Shown in pieces: positions 12,181 to 24,149 of a stretch of 64,000 bases of DNA. This stretch comes from Podarcis bocagei (taxonomy: Eukaryota), in NCBI GenBank assembly GCA_964188305.1, contig OZ076894.1; one strand, given 5' to 3'. Below the pieces are notes generated by a model. It was given only the letters and a program-made list of their open reading frames with translations, did not search any database and had not been told where the DNA came from. A program made the translations under genes and the position numbers. Position 1 is the first letter of the stretch. Each line of letters starts with the position of its first letter.

Positions 12181-13044
12181 CTGCCCAGTTCCCTAATTGG
12201 ACGATAAGGCCACCAGTGGCTACTAGCCACAATTCCTATCCTCTGCCTTCAAGGTCCTGGGAGCCATGCATGTGCATGAGCCCTGCTTGAAGGTTTCCCA
12301 TGAGCATCTGAGTGTCCACTGTGACAACACGATGCTGGACTAGATGGGCCATTGACTTGATTCTCCTGTTCTTCATACAGTTCTTGAGTACCTTTGCCTG
12401 GCTGGAATTTGTCCTTGGACTGTAATATTACCTCTCACTTGCCTGTCTCAGCTTCCACCTAGCCAAATCAGTTTGTGAAGACACTACTAGCTATGGCTTC
12501 CAGTTTCTCAAGACACTCAACACACTTCCTCCACTGAATGTAGCTGGGTTAGTCAATATGCCGCCCTACAGATGTTGGACTACAACTGCTATCTTGACCA
12601 TTGGCTAGGGATGTTGACTAGGGATTTTGGGAGCTGGATTCCACAACATCTGTTCTTGCTTTGTTTAAGAAAAGGGTCTAAACCAGAATTGGTTTAGAGC
12701 AGGAACCAATTCTAACATCACACCAAGCCACGGTTATGAAACACCATGCCCTATAGTGTTGGCATATGTTCTATGTATTTGAATTCTACGTATTTGAATT
12801 CCAGCAATTGTTTATAGCAATCGGTTTCCTCTGCTTGTAGATTTTTGTGCAAAGTAAGTTTCTTTAGGGATAGTTCCTCATTTTAATAAGGCCTGGTGAC
12901 TGTGACCATCACAAAATGTAGAAATGACGCTTATGAAAACCTCAAGATTATGAGCCAAGAAAAAGTCCCAAAAGCACAGGAATCGCAGCTACCAAGAGCA
13001 CAAAAGGGAGAACAAAAGAACTTGTTCCTGTTTAAATGAATTTC

Positions 13045-13049
13045 ATATA

Positions 13050-13083
<34 letters not shown>
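13045..13083. repeat. (TG)n(TA)n compound microsatellite
   Basis: Read directly from the sequence. Confidence 0.9.
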
Positions 13084-13084
<1 letters not shown>

Positions 13085-13512
13085 ATCATTTTTAAAAAGA
13101 GTGCAAAAAACGTTTTTCTGCTTGGCAGAAGGGTAGTCACAATAGTTGTGTGAGTTATATTTTCTGATGTTACAGTGTTCAAGTGACTAGACTGTTCACA
13201 CAAGCAATTCATAATTGCAAATGTTATCCAGCCTTCATAGGATGAATACTTTAATGACAATGTCCTAAAACTCTGGAAGTAGGGATGGGCAAATCTATTA
13301 ATTTCTGTTTTTCTCAGCTTCACATATTTTAAATGTTGTTCAGTTCTCTACATTTCCACATCAGTTTGCATTCATGAAAATTCACCAGCAATTTGGCATG
13401 TGTAATATATTTGACACAGCCTGACATGTCATGTAGGCATGTATACTGTAAATAATCTCCATATCTACCTGTAAACTGACCAACCTTTCCCCCCTTTCTT
13501 TCTCTATTGCAG

Positions 13513-13628
13513 CCCTGCTGCCACAGCAGTGATTTCCCTGGCATTTGGACGTTACATGTTGGAACCATTTTTTATCCAGTGTGAAATCCCAGACCTTGCT
13601 ATTAAACTGATTACAGCTATGGGAATCA
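13513..13628 (+). CDS. SLC7A11: xCT exon 3 ([38 protein letters not shown]), 116 nt
   Basis: Polypyrimidine tract plus ttgcag acceptor; donor A|gtaagt. Contains Cys158 (TGT 13580-13582), the residue disulfide-linked to 4F2hc/SLC3A2. Confidence 0.97.
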
Positions 13629-14155
13629 GTAAGTATCAGTTTTTAGGAGAAATGGGCTGAAGCAGGTGAAAGGCAGAAGAAAGCAAGAATAAATTCTGCA
13701 CTCAATTAATACAACTCATACGAGACAAATTAAAAATGTGAATTTGTAACTGAATTGTTTTAATAGTCTTAAAACAGACTGTTCTCAGAGATACTTCATG
13801 ATGAACAAGGGGTTTATATTTGAGAGTGGGAGACAATATGAAATCAAACACTCTTGCTAGGAGTTTGAGTTGCAGTGGCTGGGTAAGGCTTTTCTTCTGA
13901 GGTATGGTAAAGGGTGAAAAATAACCCAGCAGGGTAGGCAAGGTAAGGTACAAATGCAGAAAGCAGCAGCTGGCTGATATCTTTTATTCAGACTAGAGAA
14001 CTGACCAGATATGGCAATGATACTTATTAGATAGGGGAAATCTGTAACTGGAATTACTGAATCTGTCAGACTCAGAGCTTTCATACCTAAATCTCCTAAG
14101 ACAGCTTCTTGCTGAAATAGAATAGCTGTGTCTTTCTGGCCCACTGTCATGATGG

Positions 14156-14302
14156 CAGTGGCGTAGCGTGGGTTGTCAGCACCCGGGGCAAGGCAAGTAA
14201 TTTGCGCCCCCTAACCTGTGGATTTGCGCCCCCTAACCCTAACCCCCAGATGTTGCGCCCGGTGAGGCCGGCCCCCCCTGCACCCCCCACGCTACGCCAC
14301 TG
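14156..14302 (+). mobile_element. 147-bp hAT MITE (CAGTGGCGTAGCGTGGG TIR), copy 1
   Basis: Perfect 17-bp TIRs; 8-bp TSD CATGATGG. Strand is an arbitrary reference for the family. Confidence 0.92.
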
Positions 14303-15162
14303 CATGATGGTGCAGGGCAACAGGGAAATGATGTCTACTCTTTATGATCCAAGATGTGGTACACTTGGCACATGACACCTGGATTGTTTTAGATTGCCTG
14401 GAAAAACAAAACACGTTAGTGGTTGGCAAACATTAGCTCAGCTGCAGAGTCTGAAATTTTGTGGTTTGTTTCGCACTGCAGAGTTTATGGCCTACTATTG
14501 TAGACTGGGAGGAACTAGCTATTTAACTAGTTGAGATGGATTGGTGTGTCCAGACTGATGAAGACTCATTGAGAAAAGCTAGGCCTATGCTGGGCAGTAC
14601 TTGCTTACACACTTTCAAGGGCCAGTCACACAAACTTGTGATATTTTTCCACTCTCTCACTTAACCTTCCCGTTTAGTGTAAAGTGAAATGAGTAGGTCA
14701 CCTTGTAGTCACAGGTGCATCTGGGGGACACAGTATTCCAGGCCCCATGGTGGTGAAGTTTCCTTTGTCAGTAGAGTATTAAACTTCTGATTATGAGCCT
14801 AGTCAGTGTTCAGTATTTGGAGGTCAGCAGTGCAAATTATGGGCTATGGATACTAAGTCCTGTCTGTGACCTTTGATATTATTGAATATCAGTTGTTTCT
14901 TGACCAATGTGGCAGCTAACAGGTGCTTCAATATTTGCTCCAGTTTTTACACATTTATCTTCTTCCCAAGCCCCAGCAATTATGCAGAGACTTGATATAG
15001 GGGTGAGACTGAATATGAAAAAGGTGACTGTAACTGAATCCAGTAGGACTGAAATATTAATGTATTCAGGTTATGAAGAGAGCATGGCTACTTGGCATAA
15101 AGATGATTTTGGTCTTTTTACGGAGGCCACTACGCAACATAGATTCCACATGTGCTCTAAAG

Positions 15163-15298
15163 CAGTGTTTCCCAACCTTGGGTCTCCAGCTGTTTTTAGA
15201 TTACAATTCCCATCATCCCTGACCACTGGTCCTTCTAGCTAGGGATGATGGGAGTAGTAGTCCAAAAACAGCTGGAGACCTAAGGCTGGCCAACACTG
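15163..15298. mobile_element. Palindromic hAT MITE (ACTACAATTCCCATCATCCC family)
   Basis: Hairpin-like body; TSD CTCTAAAG/CTTTAAAG. Confidence 0.8.
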
Positions 15299-18200
15299 CT
15301 TTAAAGTCAACCTCTGGCCATCCTCTGTTGAGCACAATTAAATCTTCTTGGGTTTGACATAGAAAGTCAAACCTTGAGTCTGGATATATCTCAGAAATCC
15401 CCTTGTTCCACATATCCCTTTGCCACAAGACTGCAATAGTGCATTGACTTAATATAATGGCAACTGGACCCAAGATTGGATGAACTAGGGCCACATTTTA
15501 TTAACAACATCTGTAGGAGAAATGAAAAGAACTGGAAGCTATACTTTGAACAGATCCATTAAAATCAATGGAACTTAAGTTAGGGCTTGATATATGTTCC
15601 ATTGATGTCAATTGACCTACACTAAGTGTGAATAAATCTGGATCCCTAGATTACATCTTTTGGAAATTATATAATTACGTCCTGTGCAAGCGACATTGCC
15701 TAACAAGTGAGCAAAAGGGCAAATCTTCAATTTCTGTTTTCCAGCTGCTGCACATATAGTTTATCTATCTATTACAGAACTCTTTGTACTAAGAATATGC
15801 CGAAATAGTAAGCTGGGCCCTTATATTAACAGGTATTACAAACAGGCAGCCAGACCCCACATTAGAAAGGAAATTAAAGGCATCAAGAAGGAGTGAAGTC
15901 ATGCAAGACAATTCTAGTTACACAAGGAAATGCACTCATTTTGCATTTTCTTCAGTTGGATTGTCCTTGAACTTCCAGGTCCCAAAGTTATTTGTGAGTG
16001 TGCTTTCCCACCAACCCAAAATGTGGAGAGAGAATCAATACCTGACCACCTTATTCCTCTCTTAATTATGTTAAAACCTAAAGGCTCTATCTAAGTAATT
16101 GAATTAAAGTTATGAGCTTTAGAGGTTAATGTGCAAAATATTTCATGGAAGGATAATAGTAAAACAGATGTTTGATCCTGCATTTGCCCCTGGGACAGCG
16201 TTGGTGGCTGGATGCAGGAAAGGATTCCATTGTAAACATTTGCCTAGTGTCTTTAATTTGACCACAATGTGTGTATAATTTGGAATGGGATTTCATCACG
16301 ATTAATTTAATGGGGCAATCTTTGAGATAAACCAGGATTACCGTATGCGCCTTAATTAAAAAGAAAGTATCAGTATGGCAGAAAGGTGGAGTCCTCCAAA
16401 AATAATGTCACCTGAGGAGGGAGATAGGAGTTAACAGCAAGTGGTTGGCATGGAGACCAAATGAGGGCCTGGGAGTGAGCTGGAGGAGTTGCTGCTGCAG
16501 AATGGAGTCTCTTTTAGGAAGCGCTTTGAGAACAAGGCAGGCCGCTGTCAGGAGAGACACTGAAAGATGTGCATGAAGAAGCGATTATAGTAAGGTGAAC
16601 TGGAATGACTCCAGGATGAGGCATGCTAAACCCTGCAGGGCAAGCCTATTTGCCGTTGGAGAATAAAATACTGATCACCAAATACAGTAGAATGTCAGCC
16701 CTGCTTTGAGCACACAGGCAAGAAGAAGGACTACCTGGGTCCCTTGAGGTAACAGCACTGTTACCTCTAATGAACTGCGGAGGTGAATTTGCTATGGATC
16801 ACTTGCTGAGCTAAGATAATGGTTTGAGAATTAGAATAAACAGGAGAACCACTAAGATAAACCAGGGATTTCCAAGCTGCTGATCTCCAGATGTTGTCAG
16901 ACTACAATTCCCATAAGCCTCAGCTCTTGTGGCCAATAGTCAAGGTTGATGGGAGTTGTAGTTCAGATTGTCAGCACATGAATTACTGTGTCTAGAATGT
17001 CCTTATCCAGAGGCAGTTGCAATTGGTGCATGATCTTCCATTGGTGAATGTGCCACAGAAGCAGCTTGGGGTGGATCAGTCAGACTTTACCCTTCCCCCA
17101 CAACAAGACATCAATCCTGATCCTTTAGGACAAGTCAGATTCTGTCTAGAATAGTCTGAATACCACCTCCATAGTCAGACAAACTTCCACAAGCAGTACT
17201 TCTGTTTGGATGCCTGATGAATTCAATTTTTGTAAATTCCAATTTGTACTGTTCTGTCCTGATCTTCACTTCCTTGACTCATGTGCAGATCAGTACATAT
17301 TTTTTTTACAATTTTGCAGTTCTGTGAATCATGCAATACAGTTTTTGGCTCACAAAAATATCAAAATGTGTTTACATTTTTTTATTTGTATATTTGTGAT
17401 AGAAAATGTTGTTATAATAGATTAAAATCACTGTATTTATAAATGTTAAGTAGCTCTATTATTATTTTTTTGGCAGTGCCCCATACATGTCTTTAAAAAC
17501 AAAACTGACACATATAAGATTCCATAACCATTCCATACTTTTCATACTTCCATAAATATATTCTATGTAATTCTTTGTACCCCTACCTTGGTTTTTTAGT
17601 TTAACATACACACCCACACTCCACATTAAACTTAGGAAGATTGTGCAAACTTTGCAGGTGGATGAACACACCGATGTAGTTATAAAAGCAAACCCCATGT
17701 GCTGTAATATTAAATGACACCTTTGCCTTCTTTTTATGACTAACTACAAAGCCACAACAGAGCAGCCACAAGACAGGCTGGCAGCCTCACGACCAGTTTG
17801 AACATGGCAGAACTTACAATAAAGCCTTGCTATAAATACTGATAAACTGTTCTCAAACAGATGCTGGCTTTTTCATTGCAATAAGCATGACTCACTTAAG
17901 AAGAGTGATTTATGATTCATTCCTTGGACTGCTCAGAAAGGAGGCCACAAGATGCTGTGTGAACTTTTGTCATCCACATAACTCAGGTTCTTGCTGGCTA
18001 TTAACTAACGGAAAATCAAGCACAAATTTCTGCAAGGCAGGTCGCTGTATTGAAATGTTGCTACTAAGTGCTCATAGGAGCAAAGATGCTTGGATTACTC
18101 ATTCATCCCTGAGTTGTATAACTGTTTTCAAGGCAGAGAAGCTGAACTCTTTTTATTCTGCTCTTTCCTTTAAAAGACCAAGTCGGTGTTTAAAGTCCTT

Positions 18201-19400
18201 TCATACACTTCACCATGGCTTCTTGTCAGCCTATATATCATTGTGCAATTAGCCTGAAAGAACTGTGTTGCTAACAGATATTACAGTTTAATGTCTTTTC
18301 CCCTCAGCATATTACTGAGTCGCTGCTTCTCTCCCACCAAATCAGCATTGGATTCCCACACCTCTTTCAGGGATCATCTATATTTCTGTAAACACCCCCC
18401 CCCCCGCTTTCCCCCGGGAAAACCCACTGCTTACTATTGAATCGGAGCAAACGTTCATTGGGTTTTCTCCAGGTTGATGTTCACTCCAATTTCATGCTAA
18501 AGAGAAGGTTTTACAGGGGAAAGCCATTGGACAAGCTGCAAACCACTTGGACCCAAGGCTTCTTGACTTGGGACAAGTGTGGACAGGCCCTTAGTTTGTG
18601 GCATTGTAACCAAGGATGTATTCAGTTGTGAATCTAAAGAATAGTTCAACATAACAAACACAAGGTTAAATTAATCCTGAGGTTGTGAACTCTGTTGTTT
18701 CATGTTGAGGAAGCTGGTGGCCAAGTTGTGTAAAGAAACACCACATGCTGTACACCTATAAAAAATTCCTGTACGTGTGACGATAATTGTGAATCAATAT
18801 TCTGGCAATATGAAGCATTACACTAGTTCAGTATTTTTAGTATGCAAGTTCACAGCCTCCATCTTGGGTAGTCTGGCTTTATAGATCTAACCAGGGCAGA
18901 TACACAAGGCTTCTGTTGTGTCTGCTAATCTCCATGACTCTGCATGAATCTGTCTGCGCAGTAAATGTGATGGTGGTTTTCCAGTTACCCCAGCCTTCCA
19001 GTTAATCCTGAATGAGTAGCTGGACGGAAGAAAATAAACAATATTTTCTTTCTTTGGCTACTGATTGATCATTAATTGCCCTTTTCTTTAAACATAAGGA
19101 TTAAGTCATTTAATTATATGCACATTTGTAACAACCAAACAATCACTTCTCTGGGCCCAGTGCAAACTTCTAAACATGTTATTCTCCCCCTGTAATCCTT
19201 TTTCTGTTTTGGAAAAATTGGAGATTGGCCGGTGTCTTTTAAAGATTTTGTTGCTGTTGTTTCTTTGGTTTAAGCTCCTTAATCTGACTGCCTACTTTAT
19301 ATTTATAGCTGGTCATGGCAGCATTGCAATGTATATAATATATTTATATTTATACATGAAGAACAGATTCCTCTAGGCCCCTTCACACATTACTCTAGTT

Positions 19401-19527
19401 CAGTGATGGGCAAACCTGGCCCTCCAAATGTTTTGGGACTACAATTCCCATCATCCCTGACCACTGGTCCTGTTAGCTAGGGATGATGGGAGTTGTAGTC
19501 CAAAAATAGCTGGAGGGCCAAGTTTGG
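19401..19527. mobile_element. Palindromic hAT MITE, same family, one end clipped
   Basis: Shares the core GACTACAATTCCCATCATCCCTGACCACTGGTCCTGTTAGCTAGGGATGATGGGAGTTGTAGTC. Confidence 0.8.
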
Positions 19528-20223
19528 CTAGTTTAATACAAGGTGGACTGCACCACTTGCCCTATTCCTACATTGCATGGTTTCCTCAGCCCTGCCATTC
19601 ATGCACTGAGCAAGGACAGGCTGCTTGCATAGACTTTCCCTATGCAGATGTCCATGCTCAATGGGTTTTCTTGCTCTCTTGTGGCTAGCCAGATGCCACT
19701 GTTCATTCCTGCTTGCCCTACATCTGCACCTGGAATCCTTGGGCAGCTCCCAGGGCCCCAGCATCCTAGCAGTGACCATGCTGGTATCTACCCTGCCTCC
19801 CTGAATTCTTTTTTCCTCTGATTGGTCACTCTAGGCATCTAGCTGCCCTTTTAATTTCCCCAAATACCCTCAGCCTAGCATCACTTTGTAAGAGACTGTG
19901 AGAAATTAAAAATGTAGCTACTGTGCAACCAGGTATCCTCATTATGGCAGAGGAGGAGTGTAATTACTAGGGATGTTAGAGAATTCTAACTGAAGCAGAA
20001 ATGGGGGCAGAAATCGCCACTGTTTGCAAACAACTTTTCAGCTCAGTCATCATATATGACATCCCTGACGTCATATATAATAGCATCAGGCATAGGGCAG
20101 GTTGCTTGACAAAATGTCCTGGTGGGTGAAATCAGTGTGTTTTAGGTTAAAAAAAATTATATGTTTTTTTTAAAAAAAAAATGTTTTAGATGCCTTGAGT
20201 CCTGGTCTGTGAAGTGGTAATTA

Positions 20224-20224
<1 letters not shown>

Positions 20225-20281
<57 letters not shown>
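20225..20281. repeat. (TTA)n microsatellite
   Basis: About 19 perfect units. Confidence 0.95.
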
Positions 20282-20282
<1 letters not shown>

Positions 20283-20378
20283 ATAACAACTACAAGTAAT
20301 TGCATCACCATGCAAATAGGGTAGGGAGAAGTGCGTGTGTCTCAGACATGTGAAGGCACTTGAGGTCAGCTGCTTGCT

Positions 20379-20500
20379 AAAGCTAAGCATGTCTGGACCT
20401 GGTCAGTACCTGGATGGGAGACGACCTGGTAACCACAGGGAATTCTGCCTTAGGTTCTAGAGGGAAGAAAGGCAGGATACAGATGCAAGAAAACAAACAA
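20379..20500 (+). mobile_element. 5S rRNA-derived SINE or retrocopy fragment
   Basis: AAGCTAAGCATGTCTGGACCTGGTCAGTACCTGGATGGGAGACGACCTGG matches the 5S internal control region; an A-rich tail follows. Confidence 0.7.
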
Positions 20501-20545
20501 ATTAATTCATCAGATGGAAACATATTTTTTTAAAGTCATTCCCTC

Positions 20546-20714
20546 CAATGGCGTAGCGTGGGGGGTGCAGGGGGGGCCGGCCGCACCGGGCGCAACATCT
20601 GGGAGCTAGGGTTAGGGGGCGCAAATCCACGGGTTAGGGGGCGCAAATCCACGGGTTAGGGGGCGCAAATTACTTGCCTTGCCCCGGGTGCTGACAACCC
20701 ACGCTACGCCACTG
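20546..20714 (-). mobile_element. Same hAT MITE, copy 2, inverted, with an extra 22-bp internal unit
   Basis: Reverse complement of copy 1; 8-bp TSD ATTCCCTC. Confidence 0.92.
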
Positions 20715-21511
20715 ATTCCCTCTGCCCAAGAAACTCTGGGGAATTCTTTCCAGATTTCCCAGTGTTCTTTGGAAAATGTCATTACAGTTGAACTGATACA
20801 AAACTGATGTAACTTAGTAGGTAATAGTCTTTTGCTCATGTACTTATTCATACTTAAGAATATGGAAGTAATTCAGGCTCCCCAAGAGAGCTGAAAGGTT
20901 CCTTATAACCACCTTGCTGAATGCACATTCCCCAAGGAATCTCTCTAGAGGAAACCACACAGAACCTTTAGGAGAAGAAATGAATGTGAACATTGAGCCC
21001 AAGGGGCAATGTTTTGCAGGGCCCATAATTGCGAGGATTTGGCACTCTGATTGTTTTATTCCATTGTTCAATGTTTTCAATGCCATACAAATCTGCAGTT
21101 AAATCAAACCAAAGATTACAACTGAAATGGGAAAGTGACATTAATTTTCAGTTTAAAGGCTGAGTTATACCAGTTCATCAATTATCAACACTGAATGGTT
21201 CTGCCAGGAAGGAAGAAACTTTAATATCTGCTGTTGAAAGCTTGCAAAGAGATTTATGGCTGGTAGAACGGCAGTGGTGGTGGGGGGAAAGGAGTGCTTT
21301 AGCAAAGGCATGTTGAGGAGAGTGGGATGATGAAAAAAAGTGTGTGGCGAGAAGACTAATGAAGGAAACGTTTATAAGGGTAACTCCACTTCTTCTGCAA
21401 ATGCCTAGAATGCATGCTGGGGAAAGCTTTCCCTTGATGAAGCTTACGGTGCTTTTGGAGGGATGAGTAGCACTTTCTTTTAACTATTTTCTCTTCTTTT
21501 CCCCCTTCCAG

Positions 21512-21637
21512 CAATTGTAATGGTCCTGAATAGCATGAGTGTCAGCTGGAGTGCCCGCATCCAGATTTTCCTAACCTTTTGCAAGCTCGTAGCAATTTTG
21601 ATAATTATAGTCCCTGGAGTTATGCAGCTAATTAAAG
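21512..21637 (+). CDS. SLC7A11: xCT exon 4 ([41 protein letters not shown]), 126 nt
   Basis: Acceptor cccttccag; donor G|gtatga; frame continuous with exon 3. Confidence 0.97.
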
Positions 21638-21989
21638 GTATGAAGTGAAAAGTAAATGCTATTTTAAGTGCTTTTATCTCCCCCTTCCCACCCTTGTCCC
21701 TACCCATATAGTGCTGAGGCCAGCAAAATCTCTTAATTAGTCTCTGCTTGTTCAACTTAAGCTCCATACTGTCATGTAAATAACTGGAAGTGGAACTATG
21801 CTGAGAAGAACTTATATTTACAGCGGCATGCTGATGAGAGCGTATTGAGGCTGGATCCATAATGTTTTAAATGAAGGGCCAATGAGTTGCTCCTCTCAAG
21901 AAAAAAATTGTTAGGAGGGTAAATGCATTGGAACGGAACTTCCGATAGGACATTCAAACAACTATTTTATACTGTATTCCATTTAGCTC

Positions 21990-22031
21990 TGTGTGTGTAT
22001 GCGCACACGCACACACACGCGTGCGCGCGCG

Positions 22032-22065
<34 letters not shown>
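21990..22065. repeat. Compound (TG)/(CG)/(CA)n microsatellite
   Basis: Uninterrupted purine-pyrimidine alternation. Confidence 0.95.
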
Positions 22066-22066
<1 letters not shown>

Positions 22067-24149
22067 GACAATACATAATCTGTGAGCAAAACTCTTCCAC
22101 AATGCTCTTCATTTATCAAATTCCATTGCAAAAAGCCTTTCCTCCTGCAAGAGGGGAGGGGTTGTGGGCGGGATCCGATGCCTGCCACCCACCCACTCAC
22201 CTGGCTGGCGCACCACGCCCACGGGTAAGTGCCCAACCAGGCGGCTTGGAGGGGGCGCATGCACCATTGAATGCTCCTTGCGTATAATTTAGAACAGGGC
22301 TGAAGGGGACTTCAAACCCACGGGGCAAATTCAGCCCTTGAGGTCTTCCTCAAATGCTTCTACCTCTCTGGACTGTGTTTCTTGAACTGCCATCATTCCT
22401 GTTGTTTGCCTGAATAGAGAGATGTGTCTGTGTAAACCTCTGACTTTTAAAAGGTTTTAAATACATCTTCTTGTGCAATCCAAACCCAGACAAATGGTGA
22501 TTAGTGGCCTATGGATAGATGAAACAAGCCAAGTTCAAACAATAGCTTTTAAATCTGACTTGTTTCAACTAACTGCACAACAGGCTAAACTGTGGTTAAT
22601 CTAAAAGAAGGGTAGAAGTTTCCACTTTCCTTCATTTGACCATGAGAAAGGAGGAAAGGAGGAGGATTGTGTGAACCAAGGCACATGTAGAGTTATTTTC
22701 ATAATGCTAAACTGTGGTTATGAGTTACAGCCAAACTCTTGATTTAAAATTTTCCAGCTTCTTCCTTCAGGTTTATATTCCCACTGATTGGCTTTCACTT
22801 TCAAAACTTTTCTCAGCTTCTTCCTCTATGCTGTTTAAACAGATGGCTAATTCTTTTAATTAAGGGTTACTTTGAATCTAATAAGATAATCAATGTGCCA
22901 GCTGTTTTTAATACCACATGTTTATGGATATAATGTGAATAACTGTTATTGTATTGGAACAAACTGCAGTTTCCTGTTACATCCAAATACAAGAACCATG
23001 GTTTGTATAGGCTGCAGTAAATTAACAAACCATGATTTGAAACTATGTTATGACAAACTTCTCACAATTTTCCATATTTGGGCATCATTGAAAACTGCAG
23101 TTCCAAAATGTAAATGGAAGTTTCATATTTGCCTACTTTGCATATGAAGGAGGAAAAGGGAAGCTGAAAAGCCCCAGGAGCTGCTGGAATTGGGGCATGG
23201 CTACTCCCTGTGCTGAACCACTGAACTTCACATGACAGCCTTCTTAGTGAAGAGCCTGCCAAACTGACCCCACCCACCCAGGCTCACCACTGGATCTTCC
23301 TAGACTGAAGGGACTGTCAATATATTCCCTTCCTGAGCTTTGATTGAGCAATAGGCCTCCCTCAGTTCTACTGTAGTAGGGAGAACAAATTAACTGTGCT
23401 GGAAGAAAATTGCTAAAATATTACAGGATGTGTTCGCAGTGTCCAAATAATGCCCGTAGCAAATTTTCTGACAATTTTCTGTTATACGTTGTGGTGGATA
23501 TAGCTTTAAGCAAACATATGTTTGTTTTTGGAATTCTGCCACTCCACCCCCCCCCTTCTGTAGTAGAAAGTTGGGAAACTGCGTTCTGTAAGTATAACTG
23601 CGTGTGCTCATGAGGAAGGAATTGTTTTGTCAGTAGGTTTTCTTGTTAGCTGTTCTTAAAAATTAGCAGAACTGCTTTCAAAACAGTCTTCACTGGGAAT
23701 TAGGGTGAAAGGGTAAATATTCCAAACAGCTGTGGGACATACAGCCTGTTATATGTTTGTAGCCACCTCCTGGGGCCTATTTCTAATATGTTTACCCTTA
23801 GGTGTTGGTTCTGATGGTACTGATGTTTGCTTAAATATAATGTGGCTTTTGCTAATTATTGTGTGTCATGTAGTATGTGAAACACCTGCAAGAGTATAGC
23901 CATTAGATTGAATGATTATGCCCTTGTTTATCAAAGGCACTACTTTTGTATCCAGTGTTTCAGTAGTTGTTACTTCTTGTATATGTTATCTCTTACCTGA
24001 TCTGTGACATTTATTGCAAAGTTGCAAGAGCTTTGTTGAAGTCCGTGGATGGTGTTCATTTGTAGCCAGAAGGTGCTCATTTGTAGCCAGCCAACAGAAG
24101 GATGCCTCTCTTCACATGCTTCTGATGTCCCATTTGTCTAAACTTAAAG

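Noticed and set aside
11713-12207. Six overlapping ORFs of 60-139 aa
   Set aside because: They arise from the scarcity of stop codons in a GC-rich transposon bounded by a TSD; no recognisable domain.
20379-20440. Functional 5S rRNA gene
   Set aside because: Only about half of 5S is present, it is diverged, and there is no array or proper terminator.
20610-20670. Interstitial telomere or CRISPR-like array
   Set aside because: The GGGTTAGGGGGCGCAAAT units are internal to a MITE, with only 2-3 units and no unique spacers, in eukaryotic DNA.
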